A stretch of 64,000 nucleotides of DNA from an uncultured virus (IMG/VR IMGVR_UViG_3300020037_004263) (Duplodnaviria > Heunggongvirae > Uroviricota > Caudoviricetes): IMG/VR virus record IMGVR_UViG_3300020037_004263; one strand, written 5' to 3'. The position numbers and the translations under genes are program-made. Positions 54,038 through 63,579 of the stretch are shown here, piece by piece; the first letter of the stretch is position 1, and the number at the start of each line of letters is the position of its first letter. A model generated the notes under the pieces. The model searched no databases. It worked only from the letters and a program-made list of their open reading frames with translations, and had not been told where the DNA came from.

Positions 54038-54477
54038 TGTTCGGGCTCCTCTTCGGTTTGCAGGCGCTCCCGGAGGGCCATAAGCAACCGACCGAGGTGA
54101 TTGTCGCCTTTGCCGTTGCAAACACCCCAGAAGGTATCGCCCCACTTGTTGCCTTCGACCAGATCGGCGGTGCCGGTTGCGATGAGTTTGTTTTTGAGTC
54201 CCGGATTGGTGAATTTCTGCGCCAGTAGGTTTTCCATCACCGTCAGTTTCACGTCGTCCCAGTCGGGGCGGAGAACCGCGCGCCGCCCAAGGCGTTTGGC
54301 GTCGCCGGGCTTGGCGCAGTCGCTAACTTTCCAGCGAAAATCCGGGTCCAAACTCTTAGCGGCTACGTAGGCGTGCTCCACCGAAGGATAGCAAATTCCG
54401 TCGAGCATAACGGTCGCAGGCCAGAAGTTGGAAAGCCAACGGTACTCGCCTTGGAACTGTGCGATCGGCTCGGGCAT
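54034..54477 (-). CDS. NADAR family protein
   Basis: WLSNF, SVEHAY.A.K, LRPDWDDVK..VM...KF, LVEGN.WGD.FWG, N.LG..LM..R. Confidence 0.92.
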   Translation of the reverse strand: MPEPIAQFQGEYRWLSNFWPATVMLDGICYPSVEHAYVAAKSLDPDFRWKVSDCAKPGDAKRLGRRAVLRPDWDDVKLTVMENLLAQKFTNPGLKNKLIATGTADLVEGNKWGDTFWGVCNGKGDNHLGRLLMALRERLQTEEEPEQ

Positions 54478-55016
54478 CACGCAACGACCGCTGCGTCGAG
54501 AGCATCCTGCAGCGCATCGCGCAGCTCGGGCCGACGCTCCTCGGGCACCTGGGTCGCGCGAGCGACACCGAACTGCTCGAGAACGGCCTCGATGCCGGGC
54601 TTGCCGCACTTGTCGACGACCTTGAGGGTCAGTTCGCGGATGTCCTCGATCGTGACCTCGTCAGAAGGGGATACATCCGTCTCGGCAGTCTGGCCACTGT
54701 CGGAGGTCTGCGACGTATCGTCCTGTGCAGTAGCCGGGTCCGACGATGCTGCTGTGCCCTCGTTCACAGAGGCGTTTCCCTCCGGCTCCTTCTCGGCCTT
54801 CGGCTTGCGCGGCGTGCGCGTTGGGGCGGGTTTGTCGGCCGCAGCCGCGGCATCGGCGTCGCGCACTTCTTGCATGACGGGATCGCGTTCGGTTAGCAGC
54901 ATGGAGCCTTTGAGAACATCGTGGACGAACGATGTGTTGGCAGTCGTGCCGAGCAGCGCCTGAAGCTGCTTGCGCAGGTCGGCACCGTCGGTTGCTTCGA
55001 TCTTCAGTTTGATCAC
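54477..55016 (-). CDS. Conserved replication-module protein
   Basis: Low-complexity linker and C-terminal VTIEDIR...VLEQFGV; usual neighbour of DUF2800 genes. Confidence 0.7.
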   Translation of the reverse strand: MIKLKIEATDGADLRKQLQALLGTTANTSFVHDVLKGSMLLTERDPVMQEVRDADAAAAADKPAPTRTPRKPKAEKEPEGNASVNEGTAASSDPATAQDDTSQTSDSGQTAETDVSPSDEVTIEDIRELTLKVVDKCGKPGIEAVLEQFGVARATQVPEERRPELRDALQDALDAAVVA

Positions 55017-55035
55017 GTAGTTTTCTCCTCAGTTG

Positions 55036-55188
55036 TTAGATTAGGTTGGCGTAGTGAAGCGCCGCGAACAGCAGCGTGAAACTGAGGGCGGCGAGACCGA
55101 CTGCGGAACCAGTATCGCGATCCCTGACGAAAGCTAACGCGAGCATGAAGGTGAAACCCGACGCCCATGCGGTGCCGAGCACGCTCAT
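55036..55188 (-). CDS. Small membrane protein
   Basis: MSVLGTAWASGFTFMLAL...; two hydrophobic stretches. Confidence 0.55.
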   Translation of the reverse strand: MSVLGTAWASGFTFMLALAFVRDRDTGSAVGLAALSFTLLFAALHYANLI

Positions 55189-55433
55189 CGCACCATGCCC
55201 TTGTAAGCCGCAGCCAGTTGCTCCTCCAGATCGACGATCCGCAGAGCCTGCTCGTTGAGATGCTGGAGCATCAGCTCCTCGGCGCGGTCGTACTCGTCGT
55301 ACAGCGCCTCGTGCGCGGCGATGGCTTCCTCGCTGTCCCACGGGATCGTGCCGTCGAACGCTTTGTCGTAGGCCGCGCGCTCGAAGCGGCGCAGACGGCG
55401 GATGCCGAGACGGTCGGGGACGACAGTGGTCAT
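55185..55433 (-). CDS. Hypothetical protein
   Basis: ATGA coupling on both sides. Confidence 0.65.
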   Translation of the reverse strand: MTTVVPDRLGIRRLRRFERAAYDKAFDGTIPWDSEEAIAAHEALYDEYDRAEELMLQHLNEQALRIVDLEEQLAAAYKGMVR

Positions 55434-55774
55434 TCGCCGACGCCTTCGCTGAGCGCCAGCGCGGCGCGTGCTGCTTTCACTCGGCTGTCGGTTTGGAAGA
55501 AAGTGTCGGGCATCGCCAGCTCAGCGACTTCCAGAAGACCCAACAGCGCGCTGCGCAGTTCCGGTGCCGAAGCGGCGAGGAAGATGTCGCTCTCTTCACC
55601 GGTGAGATGCCAGCCGGTCCAGTGGTTGTGATCGGTGGAGATGGGACCGAAGCCGTCGGAGGTGCGCCACAGCGCGTCGCCGACCTTAATCTTGCGACCT
55701 TCCGTTTTGGCGAAGGCAACGTCATCGGCGTTAGCCAGACACTCGCGCCAGTCGATCGGCCAAACCCTATCCAT
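55430..55774 (-). CDS. Hypothetical protein (LAASAPEL family)
   Basis: GGAGG RBS; first gene behind the promoter at 55810-55843. Confidence 0.7.
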   Translation of the reverse strand: MDRVWPIDWRECLANADDVAFAKTEGRKIKVGDALWRTSDGFGPISTDHNHWTGWHLTGEESDIFLAASAPELRSALLGLLEVAELAMPDTFFQTDSRVKAARAALALSEGVGE

Positions 55775-55809
55775 ATCCGATACCTCCTATCCGCAAATCT
55801 CTATCTTGA

Positions 55810-55843
55810 AACAGAGCTTAAACCAACCGCTTTAGGGCGTCAA
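55810..55843 (-). promoter_or_regulatory. Replication-operon promoter with the symmetric spacer motif (copy 6)
   Basis: TTGACG-ccc-TAAA-gcggttgg-TTTAagct. Confidence 0.7.
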
Positions 55844-55848
55844 CCCTC

Positions 55849-57912
55849 TTACGAACAAAAAATCACTTTTCCACGATCGATCATCAGCACGGCGTCGCGC
55901 CGCTTGGCAAGCGATTGAATAGCCCGGTTAATCTCGAACCGGCGGACATCGCGCTTGCCCTCTTCGGGTGAAGGAGCAGCCGCGATGCAGGCTTCCAGGA
56001 ACTTGTAGTAGTCACAATCCGCATCGCTCGCGTAGACGCTCTCCATCACTTCGAGCACATGCCGCTCGTGCTTGCCGTAGCGCACCACGGACCGCGCAGC
56101 AGGACCGTCGTCAGTCTCCTGCGCAGCAAGCTCCGCGGGCACGACCACGAGGCTCTCGAGCGGATCGCCGTCAGGATCGAACCCGAGGCTGATGGTCTCC
56201 AGCTTAAAGCCGAAGCGCTCCCCGTCCTTGCCGTCCTTCATCTTCTCGACGTGGATCTCGCGCTGGCCGTCGTCGTGCTTGATAATCTCGATCTGGGCAG
56301 CGGCAGCGCCCTTGATCCCCGACCAGCCGCGCGAGCCTTTGGAGGCATCCTTGCCGGTGTGGTGGATCAGGACGACGGTGGCGCCCGTCACCTCGGAGAC
56401 GACCTGCGCGTTACGCAGCGCCGGTCCCATGTCCTCACCCGCATTCTCGTTGGCGCCCGGCGTGACCTGCGCGAAGGTGTCGATGATTACGAGGACGACA
56501 TTGCCGATGGCTGCGATCGTCTTGATGATCTCGCCGATATCCCCTTTGTCGAGGAAGTTGGGCGCCGCGGTAACGAACGCGATGTCGATGCTCGCCGGAT
56601 CAAGGTCATACTTACGGGCGTAGGCCCGGACGCGCTGCGGCGCACCGCCCGAGCCTTCGGCCATGACGATCAGGACGCGGCCCTGCTTGACCTTACGTCC
56701 GTACCAGTCGGCGCCGCGCGCCACTGAGGCGGCGATGTCGGTCGCCACAAAGCTCTTGCCGCTGCCCGAGGGGCCGAACACGATGATCGGATCAGTACCC
56801 TTCGGCACGATCCCCTTGACCAGCCAGTCGATCGGCGGGCGCGTGGCGATCTCGGCGGCGCTGTAGGCCCTGAACTTGCCGTCGAAGCCGTCAGGTGTGC
56901 GCGGGCCGCTGTCGGCCTCCGTGGTGGCTGTGACGGCCAGAGCGCGCAGATCGTCGAGGTTAAGGTCGCTCGCCTCCTGCGCCATCTTGATGACGCTGGC
57001 CATCGTGACCTGGCGCTGGCCGGGACCGGCCCTGCGGGTCATCGACTCCCACTGGCCGCGCAGCGCTTCCTCGCCGGGGTACTTGGCCCCCTGCTGCGAC
57101 CATTCGTCCCAGATCGCGAAGCCGGTGTCGTCGCCCTCGGTTTCGTGGTGAACGGCCATGCCGACCCGGATCCAGTCGTCGCGGCCGAGATCGGGGTCTA
57201 GAGTGCTTAGAAGCTCCTCCATGCGCTCGACGGTCAGACCAAGGCGCGGCTCGCGCCCAGCCATGAAATCTTGGGGGTCTATCTCCTTGGGAGCGGCACT
57301 GCCGAAGCGCTTCTCGCACAGCGCCTTGACCGCCGGCGTCACCGGTGCGACCACGTCCTCCAGTTCCAGCAGCTCGACATGCGGCAGCCGGTTGCCGGTG
57401 ACGGTGCAGAAGCCAGACGAAGAGAAGGTCTCGAACCCCCAGCCGAAGTCCTTGGCGTGCGTCTTACGGTTGCCGAGATCGCCGCGCATGAAAGCGCGGA
57501 TGCCTTGGCCCGACGGGCTGTACTCGCAGAAGGTATCCTTGACGACGGCCATGACCTCGGCAGGCATGTGGCCGTCGGCATCCAGACAGAAATCGAAGTC
57601 GAGCGCGACGATGCCGAACTCGGCGAGCGGCGCGAAGCCGACACCGTCGAAGCCGAGGCGCTGCGCCGCGGCGACAGCGGCCGGGAACGTCACCAGCTTC
57701 GCTGCGTCCTCTGGACCGCCCTGCTTGCCGTGGCGGCGACCGCCCGAGGCGTACATCGGCACCTTGCGCGGCTTGGACTCGCCCTCAATCTGCTCGCTAC
57801 GCCAGCACAACCACGCCGGCAGCACGCGGAGCTCGGCTGGTGCCGTGATGAACTTGTGCTCGGGTACGATCTTGGCCACGTTGTTCACAACCGGGGCCTG
57901 CTCGTCCGGCAT
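55849..57912 (-). CDS. Primase-helicase (prim-pol, PriCT-2, AAA_25/RepA-like helicase)
   Basis: LDFD, EYSPSGQG, WIRVGMA..WDEWS..KY, GPSGSGKS, IIDT, IHHTGKD..RGWS. Confidence 0.9.
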   Translation of the reverse strand: MPDEQAPVVNNVAKIVPEHKFITAPAELRVLPAWLCWRSEQIEGESKPRKVPMYASGGRRHGKQGGPEDAAKLVTFPAAVAAAQRLGFDGVGFAPLAEFGIVALDFDFCLDADGHMPAEVMAVVKDTFCEYSPSGQGIRAFMRGDLGNRKTHAKDFGWGFETFSSSGFCTVTGNRLPHVELLELEDVVAPVTPAVKALCEKRFGSAAPKEIDPQDFMAGREPRLGLTVERMEELLSTLDPDLGRDDWIRVGMAVHHETEGDDTGFAIWDEWSQQGAKYPGEEALRGQWESMTRRAGPGQRQVTMASVIKMAQEASDLNLDDLRALAVTATTEADSGPRTPDGFDGKFRAYSAAEIATRPPIDWLVKGIVPKGTDPIIVFGPSGSGKSFVATDIAASVARGADWYGRKVKQGRVLIVMAEGSGGAPQRVRAYARKYDLDPASIDIAFVTAAPNFLDKGDIGEIIKTIAAIGNVVLVIIDTFAQVTPGANENAGEDMGPALRNAQVVSEVTGATVVLIHHTGKDASKGSRGWSGIKGAAAAQIEIIKHDDGQREIHVEKMKDGKDGERFGFKLETISLGFDPDGDPLESLVVVPAELAAQETDDGPAARSVVRYGKHERHVLEVMESVYASDADCDYYKFLEACIAAAPSPEEGKRDVRRFEINRAIQSLAKRRDAVLMIDRGKVIFCS

Positions 57913-57913
57913 G

Positions 57914-59182
57914 TCATACGACTTCCAGCGCGTCGATCGAGACCATCACGCTTTCGACGAAGCCTTTCGTGACTTCCGCGTTGACCGCATTACCGTAGCC
58001 CCGCAGAAGCCCCATTCGATTGGCAATCCCATTAGCCAGCGGGAATGAGCCGGATTCAACGGCGCGCCACGCTGGCTCTCCGTCAGGATTTCGGCACAGC
58101 AGCCAGTCTGCATCTCGCCAGAAGCCGTTAACCGGCCCCGGATCGCGAACTGCAAGTCTTTCACTGCTGCTACCGACGACACGAACCGGTTGTTCCCGGC
58201 TTGGTGCCCGTTCGCGTTCACCGGACACGTTGGTGTTTGCCACGCTACCAGCTGCACCGCCAGCGAGCAGTGCGTCACCGCCCCCGCGCCCATCTGGATG
58301 CCCCGCGCGACGCACGCTTTCTTGCGTGCCAAGTGCTGCTCCGGCGTCCCTCCCGGCTCTGCTGCTGGCGTCGGCCAAGCGCTCAGCCACGCCTGACGGC
58401 CCAGCAGGCAGTTGATCGGTACGTTCGGGCACTCCGTCCCGTCCTTGTAGTCGCGGGTGGTGGGCCACGCCGCTAGCTTCGCTACCGGGTTGAGCGCCAC
58501 TGTCGCCTTGCTCCCGTCGGGCCGCTTGCCCGTCGCGCTGGCGTCCTTCGCCATCTGCGAGCCCGATGCGTTCCCGACAGTCGGAGACGGCCAGAAGGCC
58601 AGTGCTGCTGCTGCTGGCAGCCGGTCCGCGCCCTGCGACGGACCTCCGTGCGGGCCGTCCTGCTGGCACGGTGTCGGCCAGCCATGCAAAATAGAGACGT
58701 TGACGGATGTGCGGCGCCCCGAAGCCCGCAGAGCAGAGATCGAGCGCCCCTCCGGCGTAACCCGCGCCTTCCATGTCAGCTTGTACAAGGTCGAGCCAAG
58801 CAAGTCCGTCCTTGCTCGCAACCTGCTCTCCAAGAACGACAGGAAATCGGCGCTCCGAGATGAGATGGTAGAACGCCGGCCAAAGGTGCCGCTCGTCGTC
58901 GAACCCGCCTCGGCCGCCTGCCGCGCTGAAAGGTTGGCACGGGCAGGACCCGGTCGTGACGGGTCTGTCGTCGGGCCATCCGGCCCGGCGCAAGGCGTAG
59001 GACCAGACTCCGATTCCGGCGAAGAAATGGTGCTGAGCGTAGCCGTCGATGTCGCTTGGTCGAACGTCACGAATGTCCCTTTCGTCGACATCGCCCGGTG
59101 CGATGTGGCCTGCGTCTATCAGATTGCGTAGCCAGGCCGCGGCGAACGGATCATGCTCGTTGTAGTAGGCGCACTTCTCCAC
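57914..59182 (-). CDS. C5 cytosine methyltransferase, alpha polypeptide (motifs I-VIII and X)
   Basis: [34 protein letters not shown]. Confidence 0.85.
   Translation of the reverse strand: MEKCAYYNEHDPFAAAWLRNLIDAGHIAPGDVDERDIRDVRPSDIDGYAQHHFFAGIGVWSYALRRAGWPDDRPVTTGSCPCQPFSAAGGRGGFDDERHLWPAFYHLISERRFPVVLGEQVASKDGLAWLDLVQADMEGAGYAGGALDLCSAGFGAPHIRQRLYFAWLADTVPAGRPARRSVAGRGPAASSSSTGLLAVSDCRERIGLADGEGRQRDGQAARREQGDSGAQPGSEASGVAHHPRLQGRDGVPERTDQLPAGPSGVAERLADASSRAGRDAGAALGTQESVRRAGHPDGRGGGDALLAGGAAGSVANTNVSGERERAPSREQPVRVVGSSSERLAVRDPGPVNGFWRDADWLLCRNPDGEPAWRAVESGSFPLANGIANRMGLLRGYGNAVNAEVTKGFVESVMVSIDALEVV
57946..59091 (-). CDS. C5 methyltransferase beta polypeptide (WPTP repeats and motif IX), nested in another frame
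   Basis: WPTP/WPSP/WPTT/WPTP/WQTP repeats and [16 protein letters not shown]. Confidence 0.7.
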   Translation of the reverse strand: MSTKGTFVTFDQATSTATLSTISSPESESGPTPCAGPDGPTTDPSRPGPARANLSARQAAEAGSTTSGTFGRRSTISSRSADFLSFLESRLRARTDLLGSTLYKLTWKARVTPEGRSISALRASGRRTSVNVSILHGWPTPCQQDGPHGGPSQGADRLPAAAALAFWPSPTVGNASGSQMAKDASATGKRPDGSKATVALNPVAKLAAWPTTRDYKDGTECPNVPINCLLGRQAWLSAWPTPAAEPGGTPEQHLARKKACVARGIQMGAGAVTHCSLAVQLVAWQTPTCPVNANGHQAGNNRFVSSVAAVKDLQFAIRGRLTASGEMQTGCCAEILTESQRGAPLNPAHSRWLMGLPIEWGFCGATVMRSTRKSRKASSKA

Positions 59183-59206
59183 AACCTCATCCCCCGCCGT
59201 TAAAAC

Positions 59207-59446
59207 CTAGTTGTCGATCGGCTCGCCGACCAGCGCCCTGAGCGACGGCTTGACCAGCAAAGCGCGGTCTACTCCGTAAAGTTCTTCAACCTCGAGCGCG
59301 CGCTGCGGAGGCAGCCACCCCCTCCGGACCCACTCGCCGACGGCCTGGACCGAGACGCCGAGATGCCGGGCGAAAGCGGAGCGTGCGCGCAGCGGGTTGC
59401 CGCAGGCTTCGCCCGCCTTCAGGATCGCTTGCTCGATGCCGGTCAT
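59207..59446 (-). CDS. Cro/YdaS-like HTH regulator
   Basis: SAFARHLGVSVQAVGEWVRRG..P..RA..VE...GV...L.P. Confidence 0.85.
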   Translation of the reverse strand: MTGIEQAILKAGEACGNPLRARSAFARHLGVSVQAVGEWVRRGWLPPQRALEVEELYGVDRALLVKPSLRALVGEPIDN

Positions 59447-59477
59447 GTCTGAGTGGTCTCCGTAAATTGCGTCATGG

Positions 59478-59510
59478 CTTGCAAGTATCAGGTTTAAGGT
59501 CGGGGTTCAA
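59478..59510 (-). promoter_or_regulatory. Promoter of the Cro-like gene carrying the motif in inverted orientation (copy 7)
   Basis: Minus strand reads TTGAAC...TAAA-cctgatac-TTGC, i.e. GCAA-N8-TTTA on + at 59481-59496. Confidence 0.55.
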
Positions 59511-60034
59511 GCCAGGTTCCACCGCCCTACCCACCTCATTCGCCGCGAACATGTTCCCGTAGTCTGGCTCCGGCACTCGTCACAAACGAAATTGTTGTTT
59601 TCGATCACGTCCACGCACACAAAAGACATCCGGGTTTGAGTGGCATCCTTCCCGCACGCGGAGCAAACCGCCATGGGGTTGAAGTGCTCACCAACATACC
59701 GGTACTCTCGCTTCACTGCGCCTAGAGCGCGGATGGCTGCTGCGATGCGATCGGCATCTAGAGCACGCATGGCGTCTTGCTGGTTCCACTCTTCGTTCAG
59801 GACGCTTGGATTGCGCCGCCAGCCTTCCGCAACTTCGGTGGCCACCTTCGCGCTCGCCTCCACGCCTTGCTGGAAGCCTAGCTCGCGGTGGGCGGCGAAG
59901 GCGTGAGTTACAGGATAGACGTCAGCAGCTCCAGCAAGCCATTTGGATTTCGCTTCCAGTTTAGGCTTGTTGTGAAACTCCACCGGAGCAAACGCCCACG
60001 CCGCCAAACGATCCGCAAGCGTAACCTCAACCAT
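59507..60034 (-). CDS. Hypothetical protein with C-terminal CxxC pairs
   Basis: GGAGG RBS before MVEVTLAD; CSAC...CDEC. Confidence 0.6.
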   Translation of the reverse strand: MVEVTLADRLAAWAFAPVEFHNKPKLEAKSKWLAGAADVYPVTHAFAAHRELGFQQGVEASAKVATEVAEGWRRNPSVLNEEWNQQDAMRALDADRIAAAIRALGAVKREYRYVGEHFNPMAVCSACGKDATQTRMSFVCVDVIENNNFVCDECRSQTTGTCSRRMRWVGRWNLA

Positions 60035-60851
60035 TATCGCCTCCAAGATGATCGCCGCGTTCGAGGGCGTTGGCGATTGCTTCCGGCCAACTGCCATATT
60101 CGAACCATTCGGCCAGTCCTCGCAGCCACGCCACGACCACCTCCCGCTCCTTCGCCGCATCGGTGCCGAGGGCGGACAGGGCGGCGCGCCCCTTATCGAG
60201 CAGGACAACCACGAAGTTGTTATCGCCGGCCTGCATCTGATCGAGATATCCAGCATCAAAGCAACGGTTAATAGTGTCTTCGATGCCGTGGCCATCATCA
60301 CAGAAAAGCGCGACCCGTTCGTCCTCGGCAGACATTCGGCCGTTCTCTGACGCGACGAGCTTGATCAGCTCTGCCATCTTCGCAGCCTGCGGACCAAACA
60401 TCTCCATTGCGATGCGATGCTCGACAGTCTCCACCCCCGGCGCGGGGGAAGGCTTGAGCGCCTCGGCTGCGATAAGCGCCGCGTCCCAGCCACAATCGAA
60501 TATGTACTCCGGGCTGCAATCTCCGCCGTCGAAATCATGTTCACGGTTGGCTGTGCCAAAAGCTGCGTGACGCGCTGCCTCGAATGATTGAGGCGCGGGG
60601 GAAGGGGAAAGGCGCGCAGCAATACGAAGAGCCATAAACACCGGGTCAGGGCAATGGCGCTCGCTGGGGATGGCGCAGTAGCGATATTCGCCGTCTCCGC
60701 CAGTCAGAAGGTCGATAAACTGGACAGCCTCGGAGAAACCATCGCGCTCGGCAATGGCGATCATAGCTTCGTGTTCGCTTAGGTCGGCAAAGTTTGCTGT
60801 GCTGTCGAGAACGCTCCAACGATCCCGCAGCCTCTCGGCGAGTGTGGTCAT
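60027..60851 (-). CDS. Hypothetical mosaic protein
   Basis: MTTLAERLRD after GGAGG; PSPAP linkers. Confidence 0.6.
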   Translation of the reverse strand: MTTLAERLRDRWSVLDSTANFADLSEHEAMIAIAERDGFSEAVQFIDLLTGGDGEYRYCAIPSERHCPDPVFMALRIAARLSPSPAPQSFEAARHAAFGTANREHDFDGGDCSPEYIFDCGWDAALIAAEALKPSPAPGVETVEHRIAMEMFGPQAAKMAELIKLVASENGRMSAEDERVALFCDDGHGIEDTINRCFDAGYLDQMQAGDNNFVVVLLDKGRAALSALGTDAAKEREVVVAWLRGLAEWFEYGSWPEAIANALERGDHLGGDNG

Positions 60852-61042
60852 TGGCCCGCCTCCCATAAAATGGCGTCCGCTCTGCCTGTGAAGACAAGCC
60901 ATGCCGCGCGTATGCGGTTCCAAAAGCCTGGATAGCCGCTAGGTCGCGCCGGCACCCACGCCACCCCCGGCGGCACCTTCTGCTGCATTGCGTTTGCTTG
61001 CTCGACCAAGTTTCGGACTCTTAGAATGTTAGGCTGTTTCAT
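60848..61042 (-). CDS. Hypothetical protein
   Basis: WVPARP...RIRAAWLVFTGRADA. Confidence 0.7.
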   Translation of the reverse strand: MKQPNILRVRNLVEQANAMQQKVPPGVAWVPARPSGYPGFWNRIRAAWLVFTGRADAILWEAGQ

Positions 61043-61232
61043 CGCTGGGCTCCTTGGCGCGGAGGATGGCGGTCAAACGCTCGTTGATTGCCGCGACGAG
61101 ATATTGTGACGTGAGAACGTCGCTGGCTCCCAGGCGCGGCCATTGCATAATGACCTGCGCGACATGCTCCCACTCGGCAAAGGTGAGACCGCCGAAGACT
61201 TCCGCCCGCTGCTGGTCCTCAGTCTGCATCAC
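61029..61232 (-). CDS. Hypothetical protein
   Basis: GGAGG RBS; operon packing. Confidence 0.6.
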   Translation of the reverse strand: MMQTEDQQRAEVFGGLTFAEWEHVAQVIMQWPRLGASDVLTSQYLVAAINERLTAILRAKEPSDETA

Positions 61233-61638
61233 CAGCCTCCTTCGCCTTCAAGATCGCGGCGAGAAGGGCTAAGGCAAGTGTGGAGTACAGGGGCTCTAGA
61301 TCGGGCAGTCTGGCCTCCCCCGGCCAAAGAACTCTTGCAGCTCCGCGTCCGTCTTCCATTTCAATGAACTCGATACGAGAGCCGTCAGGTTTGAGCATCA
61401 TCGCCGCCGACTCCCACGCCGAGGCGTCGAGCATGGCGAGGAAATTATTCCGTGTGTTGCGCCACGCAACGATGGCGGTCGACAGGGCTTTCAATTCTTC
61501 GTCTGTCGCATCGGGCTCCTGCACTCTCATCATGAGCGAGTGTGGCCTCGGAAAGATCAGCTCGAACGCCTCTTCCAGCAACGCCCGCTGGTCCTCTGCC
61601 CCGGCTTCCTCGACGCGGTGGGGGAGGTTGTTAGGCAT
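61219..61638 (-). CDS. Hypothetical protein
   Basis: AWESAAMMLKP...LALALLAAILKA. Confidence 0.65.
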   Translation of the reverse strand: MPNNLPHRVEEAGAEDQRALLEEAFELIFPRPHSLMMRVQEPDATDEELKALSTAIVAWRNTRNNFLAMLDASAWESAAMMLKPDGSRIEFIEMEDGRGAARVLWPGEARLPDLEPLYSTLALALLAAILKAKEAGDAD

Positions 61639-61903
61639 TGACCACCACGTCGTCAGCGTTAAGCGGCTGCGTCCATTTCCAGCCTTCGGTGCTGGTCCAG
61701 ATGCGATCCCAGCCATTGCACTCGCCGTTCATCGGGCAGAGTGGGCCGGTCACCATAGCCATCTCACTGCTCCTCCGCGTTGATGTGGTGGATCAGCGGC
61801 GGGGTCATGCAGAGACCGGATGCAGCGATCATCACCAGAGCCGCAATGAAAGCCGTGAGCCCAAACAGGGCAAAGAACGCCGTCAGCACATTGAGCCACA
61901 CCC

Positions 61904-62809
61904 TCATGTCGCGCACCCTCCTGTGCATTCGTCATCGGGCAGCAGGGTTACCGGCACCGACAAATCGACCTCGCGCAACGGGATGCGATCGGCGTGTAGA
62001 TAGGGCATACTCTTGAAGCCCCGTGGCGGTGTGTCGTTACTGCGAATGAAGTCGTCCACTTGGCAGGCGTGCTCAAAGTCGGACGGCGAAAGCGATCGCC
62101 AGCTCTCATTCGATCGAAATGGGCAGACGCGGCAACGCGATCTCGGCGGCTTGCGGTACTGCCGTTCTTCAAGCCAGCGCACGCAACCGTTGAACGACAT
62201 ATCGGCGTTGAGCAGCGGATAGGTGATTGTCTGCCAATAGGTGGCCGGGAAGCCGCCCGCGCGCAGATATTCGTCGGTGCTGATGCCTATGCAGACTTCG
62301 ACTTGCGTACCTGGCTTTACACGGCAGCCCTTGGCGATGCCGAGAATGCGCCGGATTTCCTGCGTCACCGGATCAATCTTGAGCGTCTTCGTGCAGGTCC
62401 GCCACATGCGCCCGCCGTCCGCAAGGAAGTATGGCAGCGTCACTAAAAGCTTGCCATCGGGCGGCCCCTTGGAACGCTTGATATGTTCCAGAATGCTCCC
62501 AGTTTTGCTCATAGTGCGAATAACGGGAACGCCGGTCTGCTCGATAGCGTATTCGAGGTAGTCCCAAACTTCCTCTGGTTCGTCCCCGGTGTCGCTGATA
62601 ATCACGGCGTCGAACGGCGCGATCTCGCCGCGAGCAGCCTTGAACAGCAGGGTCGAAGTTTGGATTCCCCCACCGTGAGATAACACACGCAAAGTCGGGC
62701 TCTCTGGCGACGGGAATGTGGCAGCCCACATCTCGCCGGGGGATCGGCCCGCCGCTCGGTGCTGGCTCGTTTCCATCCAGTGCGCGGGAATGGCAGCAAC
62801 GGCACTCAC
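61904..62809 (-). CDS. PAPS-reductase-like (adenine nucleotide alpha-hydrolase) protein
   Basis: PP-loop-like SHGGGIQTS, SDTGDE, CTKTLKI.P, IGISTDE..R, YPL, SRCRVCPF, terminal ECTGGC. Confidence 0.8.
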   Translation of the reverse strand: MSAVAAIPAHWMETSQHRAAGRSPGEMWAATFPSPESPTLRVLSHGGGIQTSTLLFKAARGEIAPFDAVIISDTGDEPEEVWDYLEYAIEQTGVPVIRTMSKTGSILEHIKRSKGPPDGKLLVTLPYFLADGGRMWRTCTKTLKIDPVTQEIRRILGIAKGCRVKPGTQVEVCIGISTDEYLRAGGFPATYWQTITYPLLNADMSFNGCVRWLEERQYRKPPRSRCRVCPFRSNESWRSLSPSDFEHACQVDDFIRSNDTPPRGFKSMPYLHADRIPLREVDLSVPVTLLPDDECTGGCAT

Positions 62810-62906
62810 CGCCCGGCCCCAACTCTGGTGCGCCCGCCCGAAAAGCTGATCAGCGCAGGCCCGGTGATCAGGAAGGGGTCTTCCATCAATGAGCGATCGG
62901 GGGTCA

Positions 62907-63074
62907 TCAGTACGGGCTCCCATCTTCGTAATAGCCGCTGATGCCGAGGTCGATCTCGTCATCGCTAAGTTCGTCGTCAAGCTCTTCCCAGGGGCAGAAC
63001 CCGCCGGTTACTTCCTCAAGCTCGCAGGAGCGCGGGCTGTAAGCGCCGCAGAAGGGGCAGAGAGGCGTGTCCAT
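62907..63074 (-). CDS. Small acidic Cys-rich protein
   Basis: MDTPLCPFCG...; GGAGG RBS. Confidence 0.55.
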   Translation of the reverse strand: MDTPLCPFCGAYSPRSCELEEVTGGFCPWEELDDELSDDEIDLGISGYYEDGSPY

Positions 63075-63114
63075 CAACGCCCTCCCGCATGAGTGTGGCT
63101 GGTGCAGGGCGAAA

Positions 63115-63300
63115 CCCGTTTCCCGCAACACCCCCATCCCATTGATTCATATCGAATCCCGTTTCCCGGCAAATTGCCAGAAAAGCCCGGATTTCTGCGG
63201 TTTCTGCCTAATTTAGGAATAAGTTGTCCGGCTTCCACGGCGTTGATTCCTTTACGTTTTATTAATCCGTTTCCCGAGCCGTTTCCTGTTCCCGGTTTGG
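63115..63300. other. attP-like region (AT-rich core with repeated CCGTTTCC sites)
   Basis: Four ccgtttcc copies and two ttgattc copies directly downstream of the integrase remnant. Confidence 0.45.
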
Positions 63301-63315
63301 ACGAGGCGGTTGCGT

Positions 63316-63530
63316 TCACTTCGCGTTCCTCCTGCTGTCCATCTTGAGTATCGCCGCCTCGCCGAGCTTCCGGTTGTTCACCCGCGCGGCGTAGTGCTCG
63401 ATAACCTGCATCGACTGGCCCGTGATCGAACCGACTTCGGCGATCGTGCAGCCCGCCAGCAGCAAGGCGTTGACCGCGTTCTTGCGCAGGCCGTGCGGCA
63501 CGGTCTCAAAGCCGAGCCCGGCCGTGAAGG
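63316..63530 (-). pseudogene. Tyrosine integrase C-terminal remnant
   Basis: PHGLRKNA...GCTIAEVGSITGQ....IEHY (HxLR and catalytic Tyr); the upstream part of an integrase is missing. Confidence 0.8.
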
Positions 63531-63579
63531 TGCTGGCGCCGGGCCTCTGTTTGAGGGTTCTTTGTTGTATACTGATGAC

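Noticed and set aside
55817..55835. CtrA binding site
   Set aside because: Half-site sequence and spacing do not match TTAA-N7-TTAA.
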